Shown here piece by piece: positions 1-9,593 of a stretch of DNA of 64,000 nucleotides. Every line of letters begins with the position of its first letter. Within the stretch, counting starts at the first letter, position 1. The position numbers and the translations under genes were made by a program. Origin of the DNA: Janibacter sp. (GTDB lineage Bacteria; Actinomycetota; Actinomycetes; Actinomycetales; Dermatophilaceae); contig JAKDKQ010000001.1 of assembly GCA_030453295.1 (NCBI GenBank), forward strand, positions 4,355 through 68,354. Reading direction: 5' to 3'. The notes under the pieces were generated by a model. The model searched no databases and had not been told where the DNA came from. It saw nothing but the letters and a program-made list of their open reading frames with translations.

Positions 1-7
1 CGCCGCG

Positions 8-694
8 GTGCGAGCCGGCCGTCTGCCTGACGACCAGGTGGCTGCGCTCATCGGTCACGCCGAGGCAACCGTGCGCAGCGGACTGACCCGCAACGACCCT
101 GCCGTGGAGTTCTGGACCCTGCCATGGAGTCTCGTGCGGGTGGTCGCGCGCGTGTGCGCCGCCCGATTCCAATGGCTACCGGCCGTGATGCTGGTCTGGC
201 ACGCCCGGATCGTCATCGGGGTGATCACCGTGGTGCAGGGAATCCAGGAGGGCACCCCGGGGACGACCGCCGCCGGGATCGCTGGGGGAGTGGTCATCGC
301 GTTGACCTACGTCTTCCCCTACTGGGAGCGGGTCTGGGAGCGGACCCTGCGCGACGTCGGCGACGAGAACCTCCACCAGGTCGGCCTCGCCCCGGCCTAC
401 GCCCGGCTGCTGCTGAGCCAGTCCTCGTCACCCACGATCCACGAGCGCGCGCACGCGCTGACCAGTTCGCCGCGAGATGACACCGGGCAGTGGGTTACCG
501 CATGGCACCGCGTGCGGTACGGAGGAGGCCCCGAGGATCAGTCGCTGATCGGGCGGAAGGCCTCCGCAGGCGGTTCCGTGCTGACCACCCCGGTGCGCAG
601 GTCGCCCCAGAGCGCCGGTTCGTCCTCGCTCCAACCCAAGACGCGCACGAGCCACGACTTGTCGAAGATGTCTTCGACCATGCAGTCGCGGTAG
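8..694 (+). CDS. Membrane-associated hypothetical protein, probably 5'-truncated by the window edge
   Basis: ORF with two hydrophobic segments (LVWHARIVIGVITVV, IAGGVVIALTYVFPYW). Its 3' end overlaps the convergent ORF 538-972, so the true extent is uncertain. Confidence 0.4.
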   Translation: MRAGRLPDDQVAALIGHAEATVRSGLTRNDPAVEFWTLPWSLVRVVARVCAARFQWLPAVMLVWHARIVIGVITVVQGIQEGTPGTTAAGIAGGVVIALTYVFPYWERVWERTLRDVGDENLHQVGLAPAYARLLLSQSSSPTIHERAHALTSSPRDDTGQWVTAWHRVRYGGGPEDQSLIGRKASAGGSVLTTPVRRSPQSAGSSSLQPKTRTSHDLSKMSSTMQSR

Positions 695-972
695 ACGTGG
701 CCACTGTAGTAGCCCAAGCGACCGTTGACGGTCCGTACGAGCTTGTCGGAATGGATGGGGATGCAGGCCTCCTGCTCGGGAGAGACCGCGATCTCCCACT
801 CGTCCACGTAGGGGTAATCGATCAGGGCACGGTCGAGCATCGCGTCCACGAAGGTCACAACAGCCGTGGGTGGGATCTGGTTCATGCCACCAATGCTGCA
901 CCGCATGTCAAAGGTCAGCGCTCTAGTCGCCTTGCACGCCATCCATCGGCGCCGTGCGTCTCGACCGGCCAC
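538..972 (-). CDS. Hypothetical protein (true start probably near 886-907)
   Basis: Protein-like composition (MNQIPPTAVVTFVDAMLDRALIDYPYVDEWEIAV...). No recognised motif. Confidence 0.45.
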   Translation of the reverse strand: MAGRDARRRWMACKATRALTFDMRCSIGGMNQIPPTAVVTFVDAMLDRALIDYPYVDEWEIAVSPEQEACIPIHSDKLVRTVNGRLGYYSGHVYRDCMVEDIFDKSWLVRVLGWSEDEPALWGDLRTGVVSTEPPAEAFRPISD

Positions 973-1346
973 GACAGGTGGTCATGGCGTGATGACTGCC
1001 GATCTGTTAGCGATCCGCTTCGACCTGGCGGTCGATCCACGCCTCCAGTTCCTCCGCTCCGATCGCCCAGCCTCCCCCTGGCAGTGTCCCCGCGGGGAGA
1101 TCACCCGATCTCAGCGCATCCTCCAGGGCGACGCGGGTGATCCCGTGCCGCCGCGCCCACAGCGCGGCGCGCTCAATGCCGAACATGCATCCACCTTCTC
1201 AGATCTCCCCTCTGAGACGAACCGATGAGGTGTCGCAGTGACCACGGTGACCGCCTGACCCGGTTGCGAGGGCTTTCGTCTGCATCAGATGCCCCGCCTT
1301 GGCGGAGCCGGGCGCGAAGACCTGCGAAACGAGACGGAGCGCAACC

Positions 1347-1502
1347 ATGCCTGAGAACCCTGACACCGCGGCAGTCAGCCAAGTGCGTCAGCACCTCGTC
1401 GAGTCCCTGCGAGTGATCGACGACCTCGACCGCTTCCTTTCCGAGGATGACGAGGCGCCCACAGGAGACCGCGACGAAGGAGGCGTGGACCATGACCAGT
1501 GA
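1347..1502 (+). CDS. Small acidic hypothetical protein
   Basis: ATG at 1347 after GGAG. MPENPDTAAVSQVRQHLVESLRVIDDLDRFLSEDDE...; overlaps the start of the next gene. Confidence 0.45.
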   Translation: MPENPDTAAVSQVRQHLVESLRVIDDLDRFLSEDDEAPTGDRDEGGVDHDQ

Positions 1503-2451
1503 CGGCCAGGCCCACGACGACACCCATCGCGATACCCACGCTGCCCGTTACGCACTCGAGGACGCCGCGTTCAACATCCGGCGTGCTCGCGACCTGTTGC
1601 AAGACATGCATGATCAAGTGTCTGGGGCGTCGCGGGCGCTTTCCGACGTCGATCATCGGGTGCGCGTAGAGGCGATCGCGGACAGCTACGCGGCCATGGC
1701 GCTCGTTGCCGCATACTCCCACCACGCCGCCGACTCCGGCATCGGCGTCGCAACCCAGCTCCGCAACGCGAGCGAGCACATCGCCGCCGCCCAAGACCAT
1801 GCAGGCCAGATCGACACCGCTGCAATGAGCGCACCGCAGGCTGCCGACATCGCCGACCTGCGGGCTCGTATCGATGCCTACGGACAAGCAGTCGACCTGG
1901 CCCGTCCGATGGCCACCGCAGCCAGTGAGCATCTGTACAGCGCGGCGGATCTCGCCAGCCGCGCCGAAGGGGTCGACCCCGCCGCGGCCGAACGCCCCAT
2001 CAGCCAAGACGTGGCCAGCGTGGCGACCATCGCACGCGACCTCAGCCGAGCCCAAGAAGGCGAAACCCACCTCGACCGCACCGTGGAACTGGCCGACGAC
2101 ATCGGTCAGAGAAGTCTGGACAACCCTCAGATGGCGATGTCCATGGCAGAGGAAGGCCAGTCGGCGTACAACGACCATCTGCTGGCTATGCAGGACGCGG
2201 GAAACGACATCCGGGATCGTGTGGAAGCCGAACAGATCTACCAGGGGCAGGGTGACCATCGCCCCCTGCACGAACTCGATCGCATCTCGCGCGACGCCAG
2301 CGACGGTCGCTACGACGTGCTGGAGAGCCCTCGGGAGGCAGGTCGTCGTGCGGCCGAGGAGGCTCGCGCTCGGATGGCAGAGCAGTCTCGGCGTGCCCCT
2401 GCACCGACTGGTGATCCTGGTGGTCCGCGCGTCCAGGGCCCGCGGCGGTGA
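1492..2451 (+). CDS. Alpha-helical hypothetical protein of the mobile element
   Basis: Strong RBS GAAGGAGG before ATG 1492. Ala/Asp-rich helical sequence with a Pro/Gly/Arg tail ending GPRR. Confidence 0.65.
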   Translation: MTSDGQAHDDTHRDTHAARYALEDAAFNIRRARDLLQDMHDQVSGASRALSDVDHRVRVEAIADSYAAMALVAAYSHHAADSGIGVATQLRNASEHIAAAQDHAGQIDTAAMSAPQAADIADLRARIDAYGQAVDLARPMATAASEHLYSAADLASRAEGVDPAAAERPISQDVASVATIARDLSRAQEGETHLDRTVELADDIGQRSLDNPQMAMSMAEEGQSAYNDHLLAMQDAGNDIRDRVEAEQIYQGQGDHRPLHELDRISRDASDGRYDVLESPREAGRRAAEEARARMAEQSRRAPAPTGDPGGPRVQGPRR

Positions 2452-3002
2452 CCGCCGTGAGTGCCCTACCGGACCCCACCGCGGGCGCTGCCGCCCAGGA
2501 ACACGAAACCCGCCTCCTCAGGAGGGTCGCGCGGATGACCTCGAGCGCCCGGGCCTCGCTAGCCCCACGGCGCGCTGAGCTTGCCGCCCTGCACACCGAG
2601 ATATCTCTCGCGAGCGAGCTGCCGGACCGCGCGGCGGTGGTGATCGACCAGGCCGTCGACCTGCGGCGCGAACTCCAGTCAGACCATGCTGAGGCGTGCG
2701 GAATCTTACGAGCCCTGCACAACGTGGCCGACTGGGAAGGGCTCGACGCCTCGGCGCTGACGGACGCCACCACCAGTGCAGCGACGCTCGTGTCAGCCAC
2801 CAACGCCGCCGGTCACTCACTCAGCCCCATCTCTCGGTGTCTCACGGACGAGCTCCAGCTCTCGGCCGCACGGACCATGGCCACGATCGCCGAACGGTTC
2901 ACCGAGACCGCCATCCTCACCTCTATCCAGCTCGACCACGCCGTCGTCACCGCGGTTGACCGTGGCGGCCGAGGACGCTCGAGACGGCAACTCGAGGCCT
3001 AA
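2448..3002 (+). CDS. Hypothetical helical protein
   Basis: GTGA overlap with the upstream gene implies translational coupling. Confidence 0.6.
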   Translation: MTAVSALPDPTAGAAAQEHETRLLRRVARMTSSARASLAPRRAELAALHTEISLASELPDRAAVVIDQAVDLRRELQSDHAEACGILRALHNVADWEGLDASALTDATTSAATLVSATNAAGHSLSPISRCLTDELQLSAARTMATIAERFTETAILTSIQLDHAVVTAVDRGGRGRSRRQLEA

Positions 3003-3011
3003 GCGGACTCG

Positions 3012-3485
3012 ATGCCCGCGAGCCGCAACGTCGTGGATGCGGATGGCTATGTCATCCGCGTCTACGACCTCTACCACCGCACGGAACCGGAAGCGGCCCA
3101 GGCGATCCTTGCCAGCGGCCGCTTCGAGAGCCACTGCCGAAACACGCAAGAGGCCTACTTCACGAACATGGCCGATGGCCGCAATGCTCGTCACTACGGC
3201 GACGCGGTCGTGCACGTGCAGGTCCCTACCCGCTCTGGCCGTTCCCCGATGAGAAGTTCAACGATGGGGAGGTCTTCTACGGGTGCCCATCGCTGGGCTG
3301 ACCCAAGACCAGCATCCTCGGCGCCACGCGCATCGAAGAGCCGGAGATCCGCACGCGAGCGGGGGCGGACGGCCATGTCCACGCCACGACGCCGCAGCGA
3401 TCACATGAGCCCCTCACCAGGAGCGCTTGAGCAAAGGCGGAGGCCGGGCGCGTCGACGCTGCCGGCTCTCGGGCTGACCCCGTAA
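3012..3485 (+). pseudogene. ADP-ribosyltransferase-like (H-Y-E type) domain protein, frameshifted
   Basis: LYHRT...AAQAILASGRF...AYFTN...HYG...VVHVQVP. The expected distal strand (DEKFNDGEVFY) lies in another frame after C-run indels at about 3229-3247. Confidence 0.5.
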
Positions 3486-3715
3486 CCCGGTTCCCCGAAG
3501 TCGGGGGGCACTCCACTGAGCCGCCCGGTGCCCCCCGACCGGCGCGTGATCTGTTCCCCGTGTCGTCCAACGCATCGTGCCTGCCTCCTCGCGCTCAAAC
3601 CGCTGGGCCTGACGCAGCGGTGAGGCGGTTGCACGTGGGGGGTGGGGCCCTGCCGCCCGGCCTTCAGGACTCTCCCGTCGTACGGGCGGGCATGAGCGGA
3701 GAATAGTATTTCATC

Positions 3716-3766
3716 TTTCGTTACGTCACTATAGTTTCGTTTCGTTACTGTCATGCTATAGTGACG
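3716..3766. promoter_or_regulatory. Operator-like AT-rich site upstream of the coiled-coil gene
   Basis: Perfect 11-bp inverted repeat CGTCACTATAG (3724-3734) / CTATAGTGACG (3756-3766), plus direct repeat TTTCGTTAC (3716, 3740), ending 2 bp before ATG 3769. Confidence 0.6.
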
Positions 3767-3768
3767 GT

Positions 3769-4863
3769 ATGAGTTACCAGCAGACAGAGCAGCGGTCCTG
3801 CCGCTTTCCCGGCTGTAAGCGATCGGCGGCCGTCGGCGATGCCGGCGGCGTCGGCCGCCCGCCGGAGTACTGCGATGACCCAGGCCATACCCGGGCGTCG
3901 GCGTGGCGTGAGCGCCAGCGTTTGAAGGAGTCCGATCAGGACAGCTCCCGCGGTGGCGCTGACGAGGCGAGACCGGTGGAGGCCGCTCGCCAGAAGGCGA
4001 GCGAGCTCGTTGCTCAACTGACGGGGATGGCGGAGCTGTTCTTGGATCAGCTGCCGCGCGCGGTCGAAGAGATCCGCACTGCTGGCGACCTGGACGCCGC
4101 CGAGGCTCAGATCGAGACCGTGACCACCGAGGCCGAAGAGCGAACTGCGGCCGCGGCCGCGCGTGCGTCTCGCGCCGAGCAGGCCCAGCGCAGGGCCGAG
4201 GCAGAGCGCGAAGAGGCCGACGCTGCTGCGGTCGAGTCACAGACCGGTCTCGATCGGGTGCAAGCCGAGCTGATGGAAGCGCAGGCCGAGGCAGCTGGCC
4301 ACGAGGCTGATGCCACTGCCCTCCGCGAGGAACTCGCGTCGGCACGCGAGGCTGCCGCAACCGCAGCAGGGGAGGCCGAGGCGACCATGACCGCGGTGCG
4401 TAACGAGCTGGCCTCCGTCCAGACCCGCCTCAATGAACGAATCAGTGTGCTCGAGTCCGAGCGCGACCAACTCGGCGAGCAGCTCGATGTCGCCCAAGCC
4501 GCGCGGTCCGAAGCGGAAGAGCGGGCCAGGGGAGCGGTCGAACGTGCCACCTTCGAGACGGAGCGTGCAGACCGTGGTGAGCTGGCTGCCGCCACAGCAC
4601 GGGACCAGCTGGATGCTACGCGGGTGCAGCTCGACGACGTGCGAGACCAGATCGGTGAGCTCCGGGCAGCCGAGGCCACAGCGAAGGCCGAACGCGACGC
4701 CGCTCGCGGCGACATCGAGCGCGAACGAGACCATGGTGAACAGCGCTTGGCAGACCTGCGAGCGAGCACGCAGGAGCAGGTCGACCAGCTCCGCGCCGAA
4801 CTCAGCAGCGCCCGCGAGTCGACAGGCAAGTCCAGGACCACGCAGAAGAAGTCAGGCGAATGA
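3769..4863 (+). CDS. Long coiled-coil protein with N-terminal Cys/His motif (KfrA/SMC-like plasmid protein)
   Basis: CRFPGC...GRPPEYCDDPGH followed by about 280 aa of Ala/Glu/Arg heptads. Confidence 0.75.
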   Translation: MSYQQTEQRSCRFPGCKRSAAVGDAGGVGRPPEYCDDPGHTRASAWRERQRLKESDQDSSRGGADEARPVEAARQKASELVAQLTGMAELFLDQLPRAVEEIRTAGDLDAAEAQIETVTTEAEERTAAAAARASRAEQAQRRAEAEREEADAAAVESQTGLDRVQAELMEAQAEAAGHEADATALREELASAREAAATAAGEAEATMTAVRNELASVQTRLNERISVLESERDQLGEQLDVAQAARSEAEERARGAVERATFETERADRGELAAATARDQLDATRVQLDDVRDQIGELRAAEATAKAERDAARGDIERERDHGEQRLADLRASTQEQVDQLRAELSSARESTGKSRTTQKKSGE

Positions 4864-5015
4864 GCAGTGTGGCCCCCCGCTTCGTGTCGATGGCCAAACC
4901 CGCCGGGGTCGGCAGTCGCGCCGTTGCCGTTTCGGCAGAGGTAGAGGGCTAGGGTAGTTGAAAGTGACATAATATCAATTATCGGCGTTCCGTACAAAGT
5001 ACCGTCTGATCGTAG

Positions 5016-5038
5016 ACAGTACGGTTTCATCGTACTGT
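5016..5038. promoter_or_regulatory. Palindromic operator abutting the start of the wHTH gene
   Basis: ACAGTACG-N7-CGTACTGT in an AT-rich intergenic tract (about 4950-5040). Confidence 0.55.
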
Positions 5039-5845
5039 GTGTCTATGACTGAAATCAGCATGCTCGCCCTACCACCTACGTCTACCGCGATCCTCGCCCA
5101 CTTGCTCAAGTCCTGGCGCGTGCATCCCCAACCGGCGACGGGCCCGCACATTCAGAACAGCGACATCGCCAGGGCTCTCGGCCAAAGCAAGACATCCACC
5201 CGCTCAGCCATGAAGCCCTTGGTCCGAGAGGGGCTGATCACCTACCACCGCGGTCACGTCCGCTTGCGCGAAGACGCCCCTACCCTGCCCGCGCTGTACG
5301 ACATTCTCTACATCGCGCACGGGGCCCCAGTGCCACCCGACATCGCCGATTCTGGCGTGCGTCCCGCCGTCTTTCAGATGCCAGGAACCGTTCCCGTCCC
5401 CTACTTCACCGGTGCCCGCAACGAGGCCATGACGGTCCTGTGTGGCCCCACACTTGAGGCGACGCGGCGGGTGCTGCTCGAGGAGTTCCGCGCGGTGATG
5501 TCCTTCCGGCCAGCCCTGCGGGCAGTCAGGAGGATCTACGGGTGGCGCAGTGAGCACGGAGACGCCGGCGACTTGCTGGACGACCTGGCGCGAGCGGCAG
5601 AGTGGCTCCAGGACGTCACCTGCAGCGCCGCCCTCAACCAAGGACGAGACCGCCTCACTGGCCATGAATGGGCTGTCCATGATGTCCTCTTAGATCGCGC
5701 CGCCAACGCAGTCCGTCAGTTCGACCCCAAGGCCGGCCCACTGGCGGATGTCGACGAGGGCCTCCGCGCTCTCCGTAACGACCAGCCCAGAGATCCTGAG
5801 TATCTCGAATGGATGGACACCTACCTCACCTCACGACTGGCGTGA
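5039..5845 (+). CDS. Winged-helix DNA-binding protein
   Basis: IQNSDIARALGQSKTSTRSAMKPLVREGLITYHRGHVRL matches a wHTH pattern. Confidence 0.6.
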   Translation: MSMTEISMLALPPTSTAILAHLLKSWRVHPQPATGPHIQNSDIARALGQSKTSTRSAMKPLVREGLITYHRGHVRLREDAPTLPALYDILYIAHGAPVPPDIADSGVRPAVFQMPGTVPVPYFTGARNEAMTVLCGPTLEATRRVLLEEFRAVMSFRPALRAVRRIYGWRSEHGDAGDLLDDLARAAEWLQDVTCSAALNQGRDRLTGHEWAVHDVLLDRAANAVRQFDPKAGPLADVDEGLRALRNDQPRDPEYLEWMDTYLTSRLA

Positions 5846-5889
5846 CGATCGGTTGGCGGCCCCTCTCGCCACGCCGTTTCTGCCACTAG

Positions 5890-6369
5890 CTAGTCCCTGG
5901 CAGCAAGCCCCCAGATGAGGATGACAACGACGACGATCACACCAAGTGGCGGGAGCGCCTGCGCAATCGTGTCGACGAGGTGTCCGACTCCCCACAGAAG
6001 GCTCCCGGCACCGCTGACAATCGCAGCAGCCACGATCGCCCATATCGTCAATTCCGCATCCTCCAAAGCCTGACTTGCACCGAATGCAGCGAAGACCCCG
6101 ACCACGACGACGGCCACGATCAGCAGGAACACCGACATCCACGTGTCACTCCAGAAGACATCCCGAGCCGCGATGAGCAGGCGCAGGTTTACCAGCGAGA
6201 GCGCCACAAGCGCGACTGGCGGCACGAGCACGATCCACCCCTGCCGCTCGTTCTCGACCCGTTCGGAGACGCCGACGGTCACTAGCGTCACCGTCCCGAT
6301 CCCCAGCAGTGCCACGAGCCAGATGAAGAAGCTCGCGGCCGTGGCCGATGTGGGAAGAAGATCCAGCAT
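5890..6369 (-). CDS. Integral membrane hypothetical protein
   Basis: About 5 hydrophobic segments. Confidence 0.6.
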   Translation of the reverse strand: MLDLLPTSATAASFFIWLVALLGIGTVTLVTVGVSERVENERQGWIVLVPPVALVALSLVNLRLLIAARDVFWSDTWMSVFLLIVAVVVVGVFAAFGASQALEDAELTIWAIVAAAIVSGAGSLLWGVGHLVDTIAQALPPLGVIVVVVILIWGLAARD

Positions 6370-7297
6370 GTCCCCTGCCTTGTCCGGTCATCCGCAGCGC
6401 ACTGTGTTGAGTCCGCCCTGTCAGGGCACTACATCACCACGGACCACCGACAGCTGCCAGCGGAGAGCGCCCCTTGACACCTTGAACCCACGGCGCGATC
6501 TCTGATGCCGCCTGAACCGGGGTGTCGAGATGCAGCGAAGACTGCGTACGACGCGCGGCCTACATTGCACAGAAGGACCGTCTGCCATGACTCCGTGCAA
6601 TGTGCTCTGGTCGAGCTGGACAAGGAGTGATCCCAGGATCGTTCAACGAGTCGGTCGAGCGTCAGCTGACGATGGTTGAGTGATCGCTGAGAGTGCCCAG
6701 AGGTCTGGACCAGTGTGGGCTGTTCCGCATAGGGCACCGTCACCGGGCATGTTCCGGACGGTCTTGCGGGACGCCCGAACAGGCGTTCGTGCACTGACCT
6801 GCGCCGTCACCGCAAAGGGTTCCTTCTGTGGGACGGCATGACGTCTGCTCGCATGGCGTAGGTCGCCGCCGCGAGCAGACTGAGCACCACTCCGGGCGGG
6901 TCGACCCCGACGGTGCGCGAGGTGACCACCCCGATCAGCGCTGCGCCGGCCACGATGAGTAGTTGAGTTCCGGGAATCCTGATCAATGATCCGGGTGCTG
7001 CCGCAAGAACTGATCCGAGGCGCGTCCACGACCACAGCGCAAGGGCCACGCCAGTCATCGTGACGGCCGCGCCAGTCCACGGTCGCTGGGACGCTGGCAG
7101 TTGCTCGGCGGCGTCGTCGCCTGGTTTGTCTGGGCGTGCTGTTCATCGTCGTGTCCGTCAAGGGTCACACGGTGCTATGAACTCATGCCCGGCGACGGAT
7201 CCCATGAAAGTAGGAAATCGGCGCAGTTCGGCAGCTAACCTTGCCCTAGCCCGGGCTCGCGCCAAGTGGCTCGACAACCGCTAACACGGGCCCTGAG

Positions 7298-8942
7298 CCC
7301 TGATCCACCGACTCGGTTTGGTTCGTGATTTTGGGGGCTGATTTCGGGAGCGGCCCGGGGGCGGGCGTGGGTGAGTCGCCGGTCTGCCCGGCTTTTCCAC
7401 GTTTGGTGCCTCGGTTGCGCCCGATCTGGGCTGGGTGGTCAGGTCCTCGCCCGCGAGGCGGGTGGCGCGTTCGCGACCTGGTGTAGGGCCTGCCAGGCGC
7501 TGGCCCAGGGCCAGTCGCAGGGTAGGTGCAGGTCCAGACGTCTGGCGGTGGAGGCGATGCGGCCAGGGATGTTGATGATCTTCGTGCGCAGGCTCGCCCA
7601 CCGGGCTTTGGCCAGGTCAGCGGCCACGGCGGTGGCTCGGGCGATGTTGAACGCGATGACCGCGCAGGCGGTCCACGCGGCGTTGGCGGCGTACTTCCCC
7701 GAGGGCAGGTGCGCCAGGGGCCCGTTCTTGAGCTCGGCGATGACCTGCTCGACGATCGCGTGGTCGCGGTGGCGCTCATCGGCCTCGACGGTGGACAGCG
7801 TGGAGTTGGTGATGAACGCGTGATGCCGGTAGGTCGCGAACAGCTCGCCCTGGACGCTGCCGTCCCCCGCGAGGGGTTGCAGCCGTTTGACGCGGCGCAC
7901 CACCAGGCGGCAGGTCACGTGCTCGGCCTTGCGGCGACCGGTGAACGCGGTCAACGCCTCCTCGGCGACCTGCGCGTCGGAGATCCAGCGGCCCTCGGCC
8001 TCGTCGAAGATCGCGGTGGGGTAGGTGATGTCCGTCCATGCGCCCTCGTCGATGGCGGCGATCGCGGCCGTGACGGTCGAGGTCATCCGCGCAGTCACGC
8101 TGAACCACGCGTGGTGGCGGATCGCGGTGCCCACGAAGGCCCACCCGTAGTACGCAGAGTCAGCACGACACATCACCTGCCCGGCCACTCCCGCGGCGCG
8201 AGCGGTGGTGATGGCCTGGGCCAGCATGCGCCCGGCCCCGGCCGCCGAGGCGGTATTGCCGCGCCGCAGCCGAGCCTTGACGATGACCGGCGCTGCGCTC
8301 GGGCTCGAGAGCGTGGCCAGCTGGACGTTCAGGCCCCGCTGGCGGGTGTAGCCGTACGCGGCGGCTTGCTTGGCGTACCCATGCACCTGACGGACGGTGT
8401 CATCGACATCGACGAACGCGATCCCGTCCTCATCCTTGGCCCCGGTCAGCAGCGCCGGGACCTTCGCGGCGAGCCCGGCGAGCAGGCTCGCGCCGGCCGC
8501 GTCGAGCTGTTGGACGTGCCCGTGGGTGAAGCCCCGCAGGAAGGTGCCCAACGTCGAGGGCGCCCGCACCCCAGAGAACAGGCGCTTCATCCCGCCGTGG
8601 CGCAACAGGTCCAGCTGGTCGATGGTGTCAGCGCCGGCGAGCATCCCACCGACGACGCTGGTCACCTTCGCCGTCGCGTTCGGGGAAGGTACGCGCACCC
8701 GCTCATCGAGCAGGTCGTACAGGCCGGCCGAGCCGGCCAGCCCCAGCGCGGGCACCAGGCCTGCGGACGACACCAGGTTCGGGTCATCGAAAACCGGACG
8801 GATGCTGTGAGAGGCTTTCACTTGCGAGATGCCCTTCGTGAGCGTCGAGACTGGACCTTAGACAAGCCCAATTCTCCCGCCACGCAAGGGCATCCGTGCG
8901 TTACGCCACGCTCACACCACCACCTTCATCGGTGGATCAGGG
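7298..8942 (-). mobile_element. IS1380-family insertion sequence, complete (1645 bp)
   Basis: 14-bp terminal IRs CCCTGATCCACCGA (7298-7311) / TCGGTGGATCAGGG (8929-8942). 5-bp target duplication CTGAG at 7293-7297 and 8943-8947. Confidence 0.92.
7439..8821 (-). CDS. IS1380-family DDE transposase
   Basis: FDDPNLVSSAGLVP, RAPSTLGTFLR, VDVDDT, RADSAYY, HAIVEQVIAELK motifs; 460 aa. Confidence 0.92.
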   Translation of the reverse strand: MKASHSIRPVFDDPNLVSSAGLVPALGLAGSAGLYDLLDERVRVPSPNATAKVTSVVGGMLAGADTIDQLDLLRHGGMKRLFSGVRAPSTLGTFLRGFTHGHVQQLDAAGASLLAGLAAKVPALLTGAKDEDGIAFVDVDDTVRQVHGYAKQAAAYGYTRQRGLNVQLATLSSPSAAPVIVKARLRRGNTASAAGAGRMLAQAITTARAAGVAGQVMCRADSAYYGWAFVGTAIRHHAWFSVTARMTSTVTAAIAAIDEGAWTDITYPTAIFDEAEGRWISDAQVAEEALTAFTGRRKAEHVTCRLVVRRVKRLQPLAGDGSVQGELFATYRHHAFITNSTLSTVEADERHRDHAIVEQVIAELKNGPLAHLPSGKYAANAAWTACAVIAFNIARATAVAADLAKARWASLRTKIINIPGRIASTARRLDLHLPCDWPWASAWQALHQVANAPPASRART

Positions 8943-9593
8943 CTGAGAGTAAGTCATCCGCTCCGTTGCACGGGCCAGCATCGCTGCCTGGGTACGGGTA
9001 GATACTCCGAGCTTCTGCATGATGCGCGCCAAGTGGGTCTTCGCGGTGGCCGGAGAGATGGTGAGCCGCTCAGCGATCTGCTTGTTGGTGAGGCCTTCGG
9101 CAACCAACTGCAAGACTTCGTGCTCGCGAGCGGTCAGGTCCTCCACACCGGCGCTGACTTCTGGCGATGGGGCGTTTCTGCCCGTCGCCTGTGCGATGAC
9201 ATGCCGGGTGACCGATGGTGTCAGGTAGGCCTGGCCTGCGGCGACGGCGCTGACGGCGTCGAGCATCTGCTGCGGCTCGGCGGTCTTGGCAAGGAACCCG
9301 GCGGCCCCGGCATCCAGTGCCGCGGTGATGTTGTCGCTGATCTCGTAGGCGGTGAGGATCAGCACCCGCGAGCTGGTTCTCTGGGTGATCTCACGGCAGA
9401 TGTCGATGCCGTCTCGATCCGGGAGCTGGAGGTCGAGGATGACCACGTCCGGTGCAACCCGGTCGATGAGCTCGATCGTGTCGTGTCCGTTCGCGGCCTC
9501 GCCGAGAATCTCGATCCGAGGGTCGGCCGTGAGGATGGCCGCGACTCCTGCCCGCACGGCGGAATGGTCGTCGACGATGATGATGCTAGGCAT
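8937..9593 (-). CDS. NarL/LuxR-family response regulator
   Basis: Receiver domain IIVDDH...ILDLQLPDRDG...K and LuxR HTH LTAREHEVLQLVAEGLTNKQIAERL. The stop codon is supplied by the IS end. Confidence 0.93.
   Translation of the reverse strand: MPSIIIVDDHSAVRAGVAAILTADPRIEILGEAANGHDTIELIDRVAPDVVILDLQLPDRDGIDICREITQRTSSRVLILTAYEISDNITAALDAGAAGFLAKTAEPQQMLDAVSAVAAGQAYLTPSVTRHVIAQATGRNAPSPEVSAGVEDLTAREHEVLQLVAEGLTNKQIAERLTISPATAKTHLARIMQKLGVSTRTQAAMLARATERMTYSQP

Noticed and set aside
6429-7161. Intact gene(s) between the membrane protein and the IS
   Set aside because: Only overlapping fragments in different frames with one hydrophobic stretch; probably a decayed gene that cannot be assigned.
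7526-9001. 491-aa plus-strand ORF
   Set aside because: Antisense shadow of the IS1380 transposase, typical of high-GC DNA.
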